The notes under the pieces: model-generated | What the model was told of the DNA's origin: nothing | What the model saw: only the letters and a program-made list of their open reading frames with translations | The model's database searches: none | Program-made: the position numbers and the translations under genes | NCBI RefSeq assembly: GCF_045037415.1 | Contig: NZ_CP173438.1 | Origin: Escherichia coli | GTDB taxonomy: Bacteria; Pseudomonadota; Gammaproteobacteria; Enterobacterales; Enterobacteriaceae | DNA: 64,000 bases | Strand: one strand, 5' to 3' | In this document: positions 22,223-34,406 of the stretch, one piece after another | How the letters are laid out: the number at the start of each line of letters is the position of its first letter | Position numbering within the stretch: the first letter of the stretch is position 1

Positions 22223-23890
22223 GTGGCTCAATTCGTTTATACCATGCATCGTGTCGGCAAAGTTGTTCCGCCGAAACGTCATATTTTGAAAAACATCTCT
22301 CTGAGTTTCTTCCCTGGGGCAAAAATTGGTGTCCTGGGTCTGAACGGCGCGGGTAAGTCCACCCTGCTGCGCATTATGGCGGGCATTGATAAAGACATCG
22401 AAGGTGAAGCGCGTCCGCAGCCAGACATCAAGATTGGTTATCTGCCGCAGGAACCGCAGCTGAACCCGGAACACACCGTTCGTGAGTCCATTGAAGAAGC
22501 GGTTTCTGAAGTGGTTAACGCCCTGAAACGCCTGGATGAAGTGTATGCGCTGTATGCCGATCCGGATGCCGATTTTGACAAGCTGGCCGCTGAACAAGGC
22601 CGTCTGGAAGAGATCATTCAGGCTCACGACGGTCACAACCTGAACGTTCAGCTGGAGCGTGCGGCGGATGCGCTGCGTCTGCCGGACTGGGATGCGAAAA
22701 TCGCTAACCTTTCCGGTGGTGAGCGTCGTCGCGTGGCGTTGTGCCGCCTGCTGCTGGAAAAACCAGACATGCTGCTGCTCGACGAACCGACCAACCACCT
22801 GGATGCGGAATCCGTAGCGTGGCTGGAGCGCTTCCTGCACGACTTCGAAGGCACCGTGGTGGCGATTACCCACGACCGTTACTTCCTCGATAACGTTGCG
22901 GGCTGGATCCTCGAACTTGACCGCGGTGAAGGTATTCCGTGGGAAGGTAACTACTCCTCCTGGCTGGAGCAGAAAGATCAGCGTCTGGCGCAGGAAGCTT
23001 CACAAGAAGCGGCGCGTCGTAAGTCGATCGAGAAAGAGCTGGAGTGGGTACGTCAGGGAACTAAAGGCCGTCAGTCAAAAGGTAAAGCACGTCTGGCGCG
23101 CTTTGAAGAACTCAACAGCACCGAATATCAGAAACGTAACGAAACCAACGAACTGTTTATTCCACCTGGACCGCGTCTGGGCGATAAAGTGCTGGAAGTC
23201 AGCAACCTGCGTAAATCCTATGGTGATCGTCTGCTGATTGACTCCCTGAGCTTCTCGATCCCGAAAGGAGCGATCGTCGGGATCATCGGTCCGAACGGTG
23301 CGGGTAAATCGACGCTGTTCCGTATGATCTCTGGTCAGGAACAGCCGGACAGCGGCACCATCACTTTGGGTGAAACAGTGAAACTGGCGTCGGTTGATCA
23401 GTTCCGTGACTCAATGGATAACAGCAAAACCGTTTGGGAAGAAGTTTCCGGCGGGCTGGATATCATGAAGATCGGCAACACCGAGATGCCGAGCCGCGCC
23501 TACGTTGGCCGCTTTAACTTTAAAGGGGTTGATCAGGGTAAACGCGTTGGCGAACTCTCCGGCGGTGAGCGCGGTCGTCTGCATCTGGCGAAGCTGCTGC
23601 AGGTTGGCGGCAACATGCTGCTGCTCGACGAACCAACCAACGACCTGGATATCGAAACCCTGCGCGCGCTGGAAAACGCCCTGCTGGAGTTCCCGGGCTG
23701 CGCGATGGTTATCTCGCACGACCGTTGGTTCCTCGACCGTATCGCCACGCACATTCTGGATTACCAGGATGAAGGTAAAGTTGAGTTCTTCGAAGGTAAC
23801 TTTACCGAGTACGAAGAGTACAAGAAACGCACGCTGGGCGCAGACGCGCTGGAGCCGAAGCGTATCAAGTACAAGCGTATTGCGAAGTAA
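22223..23890 (+). CDS. ettA: ABC-F translation factor EttA (energy-dependent translational throttle), 555 aa
   Basis: ORF 22223..23890; two ABC cassettes (GLNGAGKSTLLRIMAG and GPNGAGKSTLFRMISG) with no TM domain. Confidence 0.95.
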   Translation: MAQFVYTMHRVGKVVPPKRHILKNISLSFFPGAKIGVLGLNGAGKSTLLRIMAGIDKDIEGEARPQPDIKIGYLPQEPQLNPEHTVRESIEEAVSEVVNALKRLDEVYALYADPDADFDKLAAEQGRLEEIIQAHDGHNLNVQLERAADALRLPDWDAKIANLSGGERRRVALCRLLLEKPDMLLLDEPTNHLDAESVAWLERFLHDFEGTVVAITHDRYFLDNVAGWILELDRGEGIPWEGNYSSWLEQKDQRLAQEASQEAARRKSIEKELEWVRQGTKGRQSKGKARLARFEELNSTEYQKRNETNELFIPPGPRLGDKVLEVSNLRKSYGDRLLIDSLSFSIPKGAIVGIIGPNGAGKSTLFRMISGQEQPDSGTITLGETVKLASVDQFRDSMDNSKTVWEEVSGGLDIMKIGNTEMPSRAYVGRFNFKGVDQGKRVGELSGGERGRLHLAKLLQVGGNMLLLDEPTNDLDIETLRALENALLEFPGCAMVISHDRWFLDRIATHILDYQDEGKVEFFEGNFTEYEEYKKRTLGADALEPKRIKYKRIAK

Positions 23891-23898
23891 TGCGTAAA

Positions 23899-24003
<105 letters not shown>

Positions 24004-24010
24004 TTGGTTC

Positions 24011-25243
24011 TTACCTCTGCTCCCCCATCATCTCCCGCACCAGCTCCACGCAGCGCAGAAAACGGCTGTCGTAATCGTCCTCTTCAACCCGCACGAATTC
24101 GATATTGTTCTCTTCCAGCATCTCCACCAGCAAGTTCTGGAACTCTTTGCGATCCACCGAACTGCCGAGGCTGCGTAAACCATCCGCCACCCACGGCGTG
24201 TTGTTCTCCAGCAGGATCACCAGATCGAAACGGTATTCATCAATCAACGCCTGCACAAACGGATGCTCACGCCCTTCGTACTTTTTGCAGAACGCCTGGG
24301 TAGTGACAAAATCGGTGTCGATAAACGCCACTTTATTGGCATATTTCACTGCAAAATCAATATATTGCGCATGTCCCAGCGCGATTTTATCGTAGTCGGA
24401 ATACTGCAACGCGATCTCATCGCCACCGAGGTGCGAAAAGACATAATCACGACCATATTCCCACGCACTGGTAGTGTTGAAGATATTGGCAAGTTTGTTT
24501 ACCAGGGTGGATTTACCGCTCGATTCACCACCGAGGATCGCCACGGTACGCACAAAGAATGGCTTCACTTCCGTAGGAATATATTCCCAGTAGCGGAACG
24601 GGTTTTCGCGGATCTGCGCACCGCTGATACTCATAAAGGTACGCTTCGGATCGACCAGCACCGTCTCGATCCCCAGATGTTCCATATACTGTGGCGCATC
24701 GGCTTCTTCCGAGGTGTAGATCAGGTCCGGCTGAATCCCTTTTTCAGCCATAAACTTTTTGATGCCGTTGCTCCATACATCCCAGCCGTGTGGATATGGC
24801 TCCATGCCCTCTTCATTGAAAGCATGAATACGGATATTTTTCTGATATTTAAAGGTTTGCAATAGCCAGCGCAGACGATCCGGCACCGTGGGCTGCTGCG
24901 ACATGGCGCTGTCTTCGAACAATGCGCGGTCGCGGGTATCGTCAAAACCCATAATGATATGCAGCTCGTCAACCTGGCTACAGGCGCGCTGGATAAGGTA
25001 GATATGTCCGGTATGCAGCGGGTAAAACTTACCGAATACGACACCGATCGTTTTCTTCTGCCGGGGAAATTCAAGTCCCAAATAACGGTGCAATGCCTCC
25101 AGCTTTTGTGCGCTGGGGCTTTTAATTTTGGCATTCAGTAACTGGCTTAAATACCCTTTGGTCATACCGCTGGCATCAGCTACCTGCTGTAGCGTGCAGC
25201 CCTGTTGCTTGATGGCAGTTTTCAGGTAATCAAATGACGACAT
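24011..25243 (-). CDS. nadR: Trifunctional NadR (HTH regulator / NMN adenylyltransferase / ribosylnicotinamide kinase), 410 aa
   Basis: ORF 24011..25264; HTH N-terminus, GKFYPLHTGHIYLI nucleotidyltransferase motif, GGESSGKSTL Walker A. Confidence 0.93.
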   Translation of the reverse strand: MSSFDYLKTAIKQQGCTLQQVADASGMTKGYLSQLLNAKIKSPSAQKLEALHRYLGLEFPRQKKTIGVVFGKFYPLHTGHIYLIQRACSQVDELHIIMGFDDTRDRALFEDSAMSQQPTVPDRLRWLLQTFKYQKNIRIHAFNEEGMEPYPHGWDVWSNGIKKFMAEKGIQPDLIYTSEEADAPQYMEHLGIETVLVDPKRTFMSISGAQIRENPFRYWEYIPTEVKPFFVRTVAILGGESSGKSTLVNKLANIFNTTSAWEYGRDYVFSHLGGDEIALQYSDYDKIALGHAQYIDFAVKYANKVAFIDTDFVTTQAFCKKYEGREHPFVQALIDEYRFDLVILLENNTPWVADGLRSLGSSVDRKEFQNLLVEMLEENNIEFVRVEEDDYDSRFLRCVELVREMMGEQR

Positions 25244-25263
25244 ATCTCCCTCCGTATCTCTCA

Positions 25264-26646
25264 TTATAAGTCGTCGAACACGCTAAGCGCGTCGGAGAGT
25301 TTTTTAACGCCAAAAATCTGCATCCCTTCCGGCGTTTTTTTCGGCACGTTAGCCGCCGGAACAATCGCCCGGCGAAAACCGTGTTTCGCCGCTTCTGAGA
25401 TTCGTTCCTGGCCGCTGGGCACCGGGCGGATCTCCCCTGCCAGCCCGACTTCACCAAACACCACCAGATCCTGCGGTAGCGGTCTGTCACGCAGGCTGGA
25501 AACCATCGCCAGCAGTAACGCTAAATCGGCACTGGTTTCCGTCACCTTCACGCCACCGACCACGTTAACAAACACATCCTGATCGGCCATTTGTAGACCA
25601 CCGTGACGGTGAAGCACCGCCAGCAGGATTGCCAGACGGTTTTGCTCCAGCCCGACTGCCACGCGGCGTGGATTCGCCATCATCGAGTGATCGACGAGCG
25701 CCTGAATCTCCACCAGCAGCGGACGCGTTCCTTCCCACACTACCATCACTGAGCTACCGGAGGTCACTTCATCGCCGCGACTTAAGAAAATTGCCGAAGG
25801 GTTGCTGACTTCACGCAGCCCCTGCTCGGTCATTGCAAAGACACCCAGCTCATTCACCGCGCCGAAGCGGTTTTTATGGCTGCGTAAGGTGCGAAAACGG
25901 GAGTCGGCATCGCCATCCAAAAGCACCGAACAGTCGATACAGTGTTCCAGCACTTTAGGGCCAGCCAGCGAGCCATCTTTGGTTACGTGCCCAACCATGA
26001 CAATCGCCACACCGCGCGTTTTGGCGAAGCGCGTCAGATAAGCCGCCGTTTCACGCACCTGTGCCACGCTGCCAGGCGATGATTGTACATCCGCCATATG
26101 CATCACCTGGATGGAGTCAATTACCATCAGCTTCGGTTGCTCTTCTTCGGCAATCAGGCAGATCTGCTCGATGCTGGTTTCCGACAGCATATTAAGATTG
26201 TCAGTCGGCAGGCCAAGGCGATGAGCGCGCATTGCCACCTGTTGCAGCGACTCTTCGCCGGTGACATACAGCGTTTTCATCTGCTGCGCCAGTTTGCACA
26301 GCGTTTGCAGCAACAGCGTGGATTTCCCCGCACCAGGGTTACCGCCAATCAGAATGGCGCTTCCCGGCACCACGCCGCCGCCTAATACGCGGTCGAACTC
26401 TTTAAATCCGGTGGAAAAACGCGGCAGCTCTTCAAGGCTGATGTCGGAAAGTTTCTGGACTTTTGCCACTCCGGCGCTACCGGCATAGCCACTGAGACGC
26501 TCGTTACGCGCCACCGTTGGCGACGCTGCAAGACGCACCTCGGTGATGGTGTTCCAGGCATGACAGGCACTGCACTGCCCCTGCCAGCGCGGATAATCGG
26601 CCCCGCATTCATTACAAACAAAGGCGCGTTTTGGAGCTTTTGCCAC
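25264..26646 (-). CDS. radA: DNA repair protein RadA/Sms, 460 aa, GTG start
   Basis: ORF 25264..26694; zinc finger CNECGADYPRWQGQCSAC, Walker A GGNPGAGKST, KNRFG motif, Lon-like C-terminus; GTG at 26644-26646. Confidence 0.93.
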   Translation of the reverse strand: MAKAPKRAFVCNECGADYPRWQGQCSACHAWNTITEVRLAASPTVARNERLSGYAGSAGVAKVQKLSDISLEELPRFSTGFKEFDRVLGGGVVPGSAILIGGNPGAGKSTLLLQTLCKLAQQMKTLYVTGEESLQQVAMRAHRLGLPTDNLNMLSETSIEQICLIAEEEQPKLMVIDSIQVMHMADVQSSPGSVAQVRETAAYLTRFAKTRGVAIVMVGHVTKDGSLAGPKVLEHCIDCSVLLDGDADSRFRTLRSHKNRFGAVNELGVFAMTEQGLREVSNPSAIFLSRGDEVTSGSSVMVVWEGTRPLLVEIQALVDHSMMANPRRVAVGLEQNRLAILLAVLHRHGGLQMADQDVFVNVVGGVKVTETSADLALLLAMVSSLRDRPLPQDLVVFGEVGLAGEIRPVPSGQERISEAAKHGFRRAIVPAANVPKKTPEGMQIFGVKKLSDALSVFDDL

Positions 26647-26694
26647 GATGTACCTCGTTAATGCTGTGCCGCCCGCAGGATGACGGGCGGACAA

Positions 26695-27663
26695 TTACTT
26701 CTGATTCAGGCTGCCAGAGAGGATGCAGAATACCCCCATCAGGTCAGCGTGACGGATGGTGACTTCCGTCTTTTCATTCACTTTTGGCTTGGCATGGTAG
26801 GCAATCCCCAGCCCTGCCGCTTTGATCATCGGCAGGTCATTGGCTCCATCGCCAATCGCCACGGTCTGCGCCAGCGGGATTTCATACTCCTGCGCGAGGC
26901 GGGTCAGGGTTTTCGCTTTATATTGCGCGTCAACGATGTCGCCGATCACATTGCCGGTAAATTTACCGTCCATGATCTCCAGTTCATTGGCTACCACGGC
27001 TGTCAGGCGCAGCTTGTCGCGCAGGTATTCAGCAAAGAAAGTAAAGCCGCCGGAGGCAATCGCCACTTTCCAGCCCAGCGTTTCCAGCTTGAGTACCAGC
27101 TGCGTTAAGCCTGACATCAGCGGCAGATTTTCACGCACCTGTTGCAGAATATTGGCGTCAGCGCCTTTCAGCGTCGCCACGCGGCTGCGCAGGCTGGCGG
27201 TAAAATCGAGTTCGCCGCGCATCGCCCGTTCGGTTACCTCCGCCACCCTCTCGCCCGTTCCGGCCAGTTTGGCAATTTCATCAATACATTCAATCTGGAT
27301 GGCGGTGGAATCCATGTCCATCACCAGCAAACCCGGCGTGCGCAGGTGTGGGATTTTCCCCAGCGGTGCGACATCCAGTTGCGCTTCATGGGCCAGGCGC
27401 GTAGCCCGCGCAGTGAGTGAACCTGCCAGACGAATCACCTGATAATCTTCCACGCACCAGGCGGCAACAATCACCATAGCCGCGCCCAGTTTGCTCTGGT
27501 ATTGGGTCAGACGTTGTTTATCCAGCCCACGACCATACAGCAGCCAGCCGCTACGACCTGCGTGGTAATCCAGTGGCATCACTTCATCACCACTTAATGA
27601 AAGAGGCAGACCAGGCCATAAAGAGACATCTTCAGGCAAGTCGCACCAGGTAATGTTAGGCAT
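26695..27663 (-). CDS. serB: Phosphoserine phosphatase SerB, 322 aa (start MPNITWCDLPEDV)
   Basis: ORF 26695..27801; HAD motif DMDSTAIQIECIDE. Confidence 0.94.
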   Translation of the reverse strand: MPNITWCDLPEDVSLWPGLPLSLSGDEVMPLDYHAGRSGWLLYGRGLDKQRLTQYQSKLGAAMVIVAAWCVEDYQVIRLAGSLTARATRLAHEAQLDVAPLGKIPHLRTPGLLVMDMDSTAIQIECIDEIAKLAGTGERVAEVTERAMRGELDFTASLRSRVATLKGADANILQQVRENLPLMSGLTQLVLKLETLGWKVAIASGGFTFFAEYLRDKLRLTAVVANELEIMDGKFTGNVIGDIVDAQYKAKTLTRLAQEYEIPLAQTVAIGDGANDLPMIKAAGLGIAYHAKPKVNEKTEVTIRHADLMGVFCILSGSLNQK

Positions 27664-27768
27664 TAAGGCTCCTGTAAAATCGTTCGAAGCAGGGAAAATA
27701 ACGCATGAGGCTACCTTGTATCCATTGCTTCTGGCAACATTAAGTCTCAAATTTTCAAAGGGTGGAAG

Positions 27769-28413
27769 ATGGCTCGCACAAAACTGAAATTCCGGCTGCA
27801 TCGGGCAGTGATTGTCCTGTTCTGTCTTGCCTTGTTAGTGGCGCTGATGCAGGGGGCGTCATGGTTTAGTCAAAACCACCAGCGACAGCGTAATCCGCAA
27901 CTGGAAGAACTGGCCCGCACCCTGGCGCGGCAGGTGACGCTAAACGTTGCACCGCTGATGCGTACCGACTCACCGGATGAAAAACGCATTCAGGCGATCC
28001 TCGATCAGTTAACGGATGAAAGCCGCATTCTCGACGCAGGCGTATATGATGAACAAGGCGATCTTATCGCCCGTTCTGGCGAAAGCGTCGACGTGCGCGA
28101 CCGGCTGGCGCTCGACGGCAAAAAAGCGGGCGGCTATTTTAATCAGCAGATTGTCGAACCCATTGCGGGTAAAAACGGACCGCTCGGCTATCTGCGCCTG
28201 ACGCTCGACACCCATACGCTCGCCACCGAAGCCCAACAGGTGGATAACACCACTAACATTTTACGCCTGATGTTGCTGCTCTCGCTGGCAATCGGCGTAG
28301 TGCTGACCCGCACGCTGCTACAGGGTAAACGCACCCGCTGGCAGCAATCGCCCTTCCTGTTAACCGCCAGCAAACCGGTGCCGGAAGAGGAAGAAAGCGA
28401 GAAAAAAGAGTGA
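27769..28413 (+). CDS. ytjB: Smp-family membrane protein YtjB, 214 aa
   Basis: ORF 27769..28413; N-terminal TM segment; synteny between serB and lplA. Confidence 0.85.
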   Translation: MARTKLKFRLHRAVIVLFCLALLVALMQGASWFSQNHQRQRNPQLEELARTLARQVTLNVAPLMRTDSPDEKRIQAILDQLTDESRILDAGVYDEQGDLIARSGESVDVRDRLALDGKKAGGYFNQQIVEPIAGKNGPLGYLRLTLDTHTLATEAQQVDNTTNILRLMLLLSLAIGVVLTRTLLQGKRTRWQQSPFLLTASKPVPEEEESEKKE

Positions 28414-28440
28414 CCCATTACTACAAGAAAGGAAATCGTT

Positions 28441-29457
28441 ATGTCCACATTACGCCTGCTCATCTCTGACTCTTACGACCCGTGGTTTAACCTGGCGGTA
28501 GAGGAGTGTATTTTTCGCCAGATGCCCGCCACGCAGCGCGTTCTGTTTCTCTGGCGCAATGCCGACACGGTAGTGATTGGTCGTGCGCAGAACCCGTGGA
28601 AAGAGTGTAATACCCGGCGGATGGAAGAAGATAACGTCCGCCTGGCGCGGCGCAGTAGCGGTGGCGGCGCGGTGTTCCACGATCTCGGCAATACCTGTTT
28701 TACCTTTATGGCTGGCAAGCCGGAGTACGATAAAACTATCTCCACGTCGATTGTGCTCAATGCGCTGAACGCGCTTGGCGTCAGCGCCGAAGCTTCCGGG
28801 CGTAACGATCTGGTGGTGAAAACCGCCGAAGGCGACCGCAAAGTCTCAGGCTCGGCCTATCGCGAAACCAAAGATCGTGGCTTCCACCACGGCACTTTGC
28901 TGCTCAATGCCGACCTTAGCCGCCTGGCAAACTATCTCAATCCGGATAAAAAGAAACTGGCGGCGAAAGGCATTACCTCAGTGCGTTCCCGCGTGACCAA
29001 TCTGACCGAATTGCTACCGGGGATCACCCATGAGCAGGTTTGCGAGGCCATAACCGAGGCCTTTTTCGCCCATTATGGCGAGCGCGTGGAAGCGGAAATC
29101 ATCTCCCCGGACAAAACGCCAGACTTGCCAAACTTCGCCGAAACCTTTGCCCGCCAGAGTAGCTGGGAATGGAACTTCGGTCAGGCTCCGGCATTCTCGC
29201 ATCTGCTGGATGAACGCTTTACCTGGGGCGGCGTGGAACTGCATTTCGACGTTGAAAAAGGCCATATCACCCGCGCCCAGGTGTTTACCGACAGTCTCAA
29301 CCCCGCGCCGCTGGAAGCCCTCGCCGGGCGACTGCAAGGCTGTCTGTACCGCGCGGATATGCTGCAACAGGAGTGCGAAGCGCTGCTGGTTGACTTCCAG
29401 GAACAGGAAAAAGAGCTACGGGAGTTGTCGGCATGGATGGCAGGGGCGGTGCGGTAG
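28441..29457 (+). CDS. lplA: Lipoate-protein ligase A, 338 aa
   Basis: ORF 28441..29457; motif [21 protein letters not shown]. Confidence 0.95.
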   Translation: MSTLRLLISDSYDPWFNLAVEECIFRQMPATQRVLFLWRNADTVVIGRAQNPWKECNTRRMEEDNVRLARRSSGGGAVFHDLGNTCFTFMAGKPEYDKTISTSIVLNALNALGVSAEASGRNDLVVKTAEGDRKVSGSAYRETKDRGFHHGTLLLNADLSRLANYLNPDKKKLAAKGITSVRSRVTNLTELLPGITHEQVCEAITEAFFAHYGERVEAEIISPDKTPDLPNFAETFARQSSWEWNFGQAPAFSHLLDERFTWGGVELHFDVEKGHITRAQVFTDSLNPAPLEALAGRLQGCLYRADMLQQECEALLVDFQEQEKELRELSAWMAGAVR

Positions 29458-30789
29458 TTACCCACCCATGCGGGTAACTTTCTCTTCGATTTGCCGGATT
29501 TTTTCCGGCATTTCTTGCGCAATGTGGCGAAACGCCTCGCTGATACGCGGATCTCTGGCGACCGTTTGCCAGAACTGCTGCGCCAGCGGGATCGCCGTTA
29601 ACCATGCGCTTTTACTGATGTTAAGATCAAACTTCACCTCAATGGCAGCATCACGCAGCATTCCGGCGCTGTTTGGCGCATAGGCCATCGGCAGCATGTC
29701 GTAGACGGGTGTCAGCGCAAATGGTGGTTCAGATAAATAAAATGATAAATTGCCTGCGTGCATATCGCTGTTGGCGATAAGTCGCCCAAACGCCCAGATC
29801 ACTTCTGTTTGCGCCACGCTCTGGTGAGTGACAAGTTGTTGCTCACACAAATGCCGCATTGCCTCCGGCCACGATCCCGGAGAAGAGATAAACTCACTTT
29901 GCACCGCCTCCAGCGACACAATGGGCAAGCGACCATCGTTACCTTTGCAGTCAAAGCGTTCCGCTTCCAGGAATACCTGCCTGTTACTTGTTACAAGCAC
30001 CGTTGACTCGATGGCGTGGATCCCGCCGTCACGCAGGATTTGCGCGGCAATAGATTCAGCAATTAGCAGGTCCCCCCAACGTTGGCTGACTGCGGTTTGC
30101 TGTGGCACGGTGAATTTCACCAACACATGTTTATTGCCTGACGGCGTTTGTGCATAGCAGGTAAATTTTGGCTGCTCGCCGCCCGCAGAAGAACCCACAA
30201 TTTCTCCAGCCAGAGCATCGCTTGCCAACTGTTCGTAACGGGTGAGTTTTTGATCCAAAGGAATTTCCGCAGGGCGTTGTGCAGTAATCCATCGCTGATA
30301 ATTCCCCTCCCCGACCAACCAACCGCCAGTATATTCACCGTTAAATACGGTCAGGGCGTAGAGCACATCTTCTTCCTGCCAGAGACGTATATCATCAGTC
30401 AGATTCAGTTGCGCGGCTAACTTTCTGCCCCACGCGCGCCCTAAAAAGCCCTGCGGTCGGAGATCGGTCAAATACCAGGGCAAACCATCAAACCACTGTT
30501 CGTCGCCATCTGCGCCTGTTACCAGACAACTTCCCTGTGGCCAGCACAACCGGATGTCGGCGAATTTATGCGCCTTTCCGGCATCGTCCACCCGCCAGAC
30601 GGGAATACGCTCAATTCCGCGATAAGGACGCAGCAGTACATATCGCGTTGCCCGTGCTTTACCAAAGCGAATCACCCGATTTTCTCTGGCAACAAGGCGT
30701 GAGAACGTCGCCTGACTGATTGCCAGACGCTGGCGCAATTCCGGGGCAGAACGCGGCCCTTGCAGTAAAAGATCGGTCAGTTCGCTCAT
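29458..30789 (-). CDS. yjjJ: HipA-like Ser/Thr kinase with N-terminal HTH domain (YjjJ), 443 aa
   Basis: ORF 29458..30789; HipA-like catalytic motif SDMHAGNLSF and nucleotide-binding GGEQPKF; N-terminal HTH-like segment; stop abuts lplA stop. Confidence 0.85.
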   Translation of the reverse strand: MSELTDLLLQGPRSAPELRQRLAISQATFSRLVARENRVIRFGKARATRYVLLRPYRGIERIPVWRVDDAGKAHKFADIRLCWPQGSCLVTGADGDEQWFDGLPWYLTDLRPQGFLGRAWGRKLAAQLNLTDDIRLWQEEDVLYALTVFNGEYTGGWLVGEGNYQRWITAQRPAEIPLDQKLTRYEQLASDALAGEIVGSSAGGEQPKFTCYAQTPSGNKHVLVKFTVPQQTAVSQRWGDLLIAESIAAQILRDGGIHAIESTVLVTSNRQVFLEAERFDCKGNDGRLPIVSLEAVQSEFISSPGSWPEAMRHLCEQQLVTHQSVAQTEVIWAFGRLIANSDMHAGNLSFYLSEPPFALTPVYDMLPMAYAPNSAGMLRDAAIEVKFDLNISKSAWLTAIPLAQQFWQTVARDPRISEAFRHIAQEMPEKIRQIEEKVTRMGG

Positions 30790-30955
30790 TAATGAATAGA
30801 TTCGTGAATAGATACTTGAATAGATTTATTAACATATTTCACTGAAAAGTATAGCGAAAATATTCAAGCTGGAGAGATAAATGAATAAATACTAAAAAGC
30901 CGGAGCAGTCTCCCACTCCGGCTTCACACGACAATCGCCTTTCAGCAAAACACAA

Positions 30956-31675
30956 TTACTCTTTATCGCCCAGCAGAACGGATTCCAGCGCGATTTTGAT
31001 CATGTCGTTGAAGGTGGTCTGACGCTCAGCGGCAGTGGTCTGCTCGTGAGTGCGGATGTGGTCAGACACGGTGCAGATGGTCAGGGCTTTCGCGCCAAAT
31101 TCTGCAGCGACGCCGTAGATACCCGCCGCTTCCATTTCCACGCCGAGGATGCCGTATTTTTCCATCACGTCGAACATTTCGCCGTCCGGAGAGTAGAACA
31201 GGTCAGCGGAGAACAGGTTACCAACGCGAGCATCAACGCCCAGTGCTTTTGCCGCGTCTACCGCGTTACGCACCATGTCGAAGTCAGCGATAGCGGCAAA
31301 GTCATGGTCTTTAAAACGGATGCGGTTAACTTTGGAATCGGTGCAGGCACCCATACCGATAACGACGTCGCGCAGTTTTACGTGCGGCAGAACAGCGCCA
31401 CAGGAACCCACGCGGATAATTTTCTTCACGCCGAAATCAGTGATCAGTTCTTTGGTGTAGATGGAGCAGGACGGGATACCCATACCGTGGCCCATTACGG
31501 AAATTTTGCGGCCTTTGTAAGTACCAGTGAAGCCCAGCATACCGCGAACGTTGTTCACTTCACGGGCATCTTCAAGGAAAGTTTCAGCAATATACTTCGC
31601 ACGCAGCGGGTCGCCTGGCATCAAAACTACGTCAGCAAAATCGCCCATTTCTGCATTAATGTGTGGAGTAGCCAT
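30956..31675 (-). CDS. deoD: Purine nucleoside phosphorylase DeoD, 239 aa (start [16 protein letters not shown])
   Basis: ORF 30956..31732; PNP-I family sequence; last gene of deoCABD. Confidence 0.96.
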   Translation of the reverse strand: MATPHINAEMGDFADVVLMPGDPLRAKYIAETFLEDAREVNNVRGMLGFTGTYKGRKISVMGHGMGIPSCSIYTKELITDFGVKKIIRVGSCGAVLPHVKLRDVVIGMGACTDSKVNRIRFKDHDFAAIADFDMVRNAVDAAKALGVDARVGNLFSADLFYSPDGEMFDVMEKYGILGVEMEAAGIYGVAAEFGAKALTICTVSDHIRTHEQTTAAERQTTFNDMIKIALESVLLGDKE

Positions 31676-31731
31676 CGTTTTATCCTTTTTGTGACATATT
31701 AAAGGCGGAGTCACTGCTCCGCCCAAATCCA

Positions 31732-32976
<1,245 letters not shown>

Positions 32977-33006
32977 TCAAATTTAAATGATCGGATCAGT
33001 ATACCG

Positions 33007-34329
33007 TTATTCGCTGATGCGGCGATAGACAGTTGGTGTGCTTTCCGGTGCTTTATCGGCAAGTTTAATTGCCGCTTTCACCGCTTTCGCCGCTTCCTGC
33101 CAGCTGTTTTCGTCTTTCGCGTGGATAACTGCCAGCGGACGCTGACCGTCTACCTGGTCGCCCAGACGCGCCATATCAGTAAAGCCGACGCTGTAATCGA
33201 TGGTGTCAGATGCCTGACGGCGTCCGCCGCCCATTGCAACCACTGCCATCCCCAGTGCGCGGGTATCCATTTCACTGACAAACCCTTCGGTATCAGCATA
33301 GACTGCTTTCGTCAGCATCGCTGTCGGCAGATACTTCGCGTAGTTCTCAACGAAGTCGGTCGGGCCTTTTTGTGCCGCGACCATACGACCAAAGACTTCT
33401 GCCGCTTTACCGTTGTCCAGCACCGCCTGCAATTTCGCGCGCGCTTCGGCGTCATTTTTCGCCAGTTTGCCGGAGATCAGCATCTCCACGCACAGTGCCA
33501 TCGTGACATCAAACAGACGCGGGTTACGATGTTCACCCGTCAGGAACTGCACCGCTTCACGAACTTCAACCGCGTTACCTGCACTGGAGGCCAGTACCTG
33601 ATTCATATCGGTGAGCAGCGCGGTGGTGCGCACGCCAGCGCCGTTAGCCACGCCAACAATCGCTTCGGCAAGGGCTTCAGAGAGTTCGTAGGTCGGCATA
33701 AACGCGCCGCTACCCACTTTCACGTCCATCACCAGCGCGTCCAGACCTTCCGCCAGTTTCTTCGCCAGAATAGAGGCGGTGATCAGCGGGATTGAATCCA
33801 CGGTTGCGGTAATATCGCGGGTCGCGTAGAAACGTTTATCCGCCGGAGCCAGTGAGCTGGTCTGGCCGATAATCGCCACGCCGACGTCTTTAATAATTTC
33901 GCGGAAACGGTTGTCATCCGGGAAAATGTCGAAGCCAGGGATGGATTCCAGTTTGTCGAGCGTACCGCCAGTATGACCGAGGCCGCGACCGGAGATCATC
34001 GGAATATAGCCGCCACAGGCAGCGACCATTGGCCCCAACATCAGCGAAGTCACATCGCCGACACCGCCGGTCGAGTGTTTATCAACAATCGGGCCATTCA
34101 GATGCAGGCTTTTCCAGTCGAGAACGGTTCCTGAATCTCGCATCGCCATGGTCAGCGAGACACGCTCAGGCATTGTCATATCGTGGAAGAAAATGGTCAT
34201 CGCGAGGGCGGCAATCTGCCCTTCGGAGATAGTGTTGTCGCGAATGCCGTTGATAAAGAAACGAATTTCTTCATCACTCAGCGCATGACCATCACGTTTT
34301 TTACGAATAATTTCTTGTGCGAGAAACAA
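33007..34329 (-). CDS. deoA: Thymidine phosphorylase DeoA, 440 aa (start [14 protein letters not shown])
   Basis: ORF 33007..34398; motif KHSTGGVGD. Confidence 0.96.
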
Positions 34330-34406
34330 GGTAACCTCCCGTGGAAAAGAGACGAGGTAATCGGGGAACCGGATGAGCATCGCTGCATCATCCGGCAAAT
34401 CAAGCC

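Noticed and set aside
22085-22873. 262-aa ORF on the - strand, and similar long antisense ORFs at 23411..23941, 26822..27442, 31816..32679, 32956..33795, 34437..35213 and 40553..41245
   Set aside because: All overlap strongly supported genes (ettA, serB, deoB, deoA, deoC, osmY) on the opposite strand and have no recognisable domains
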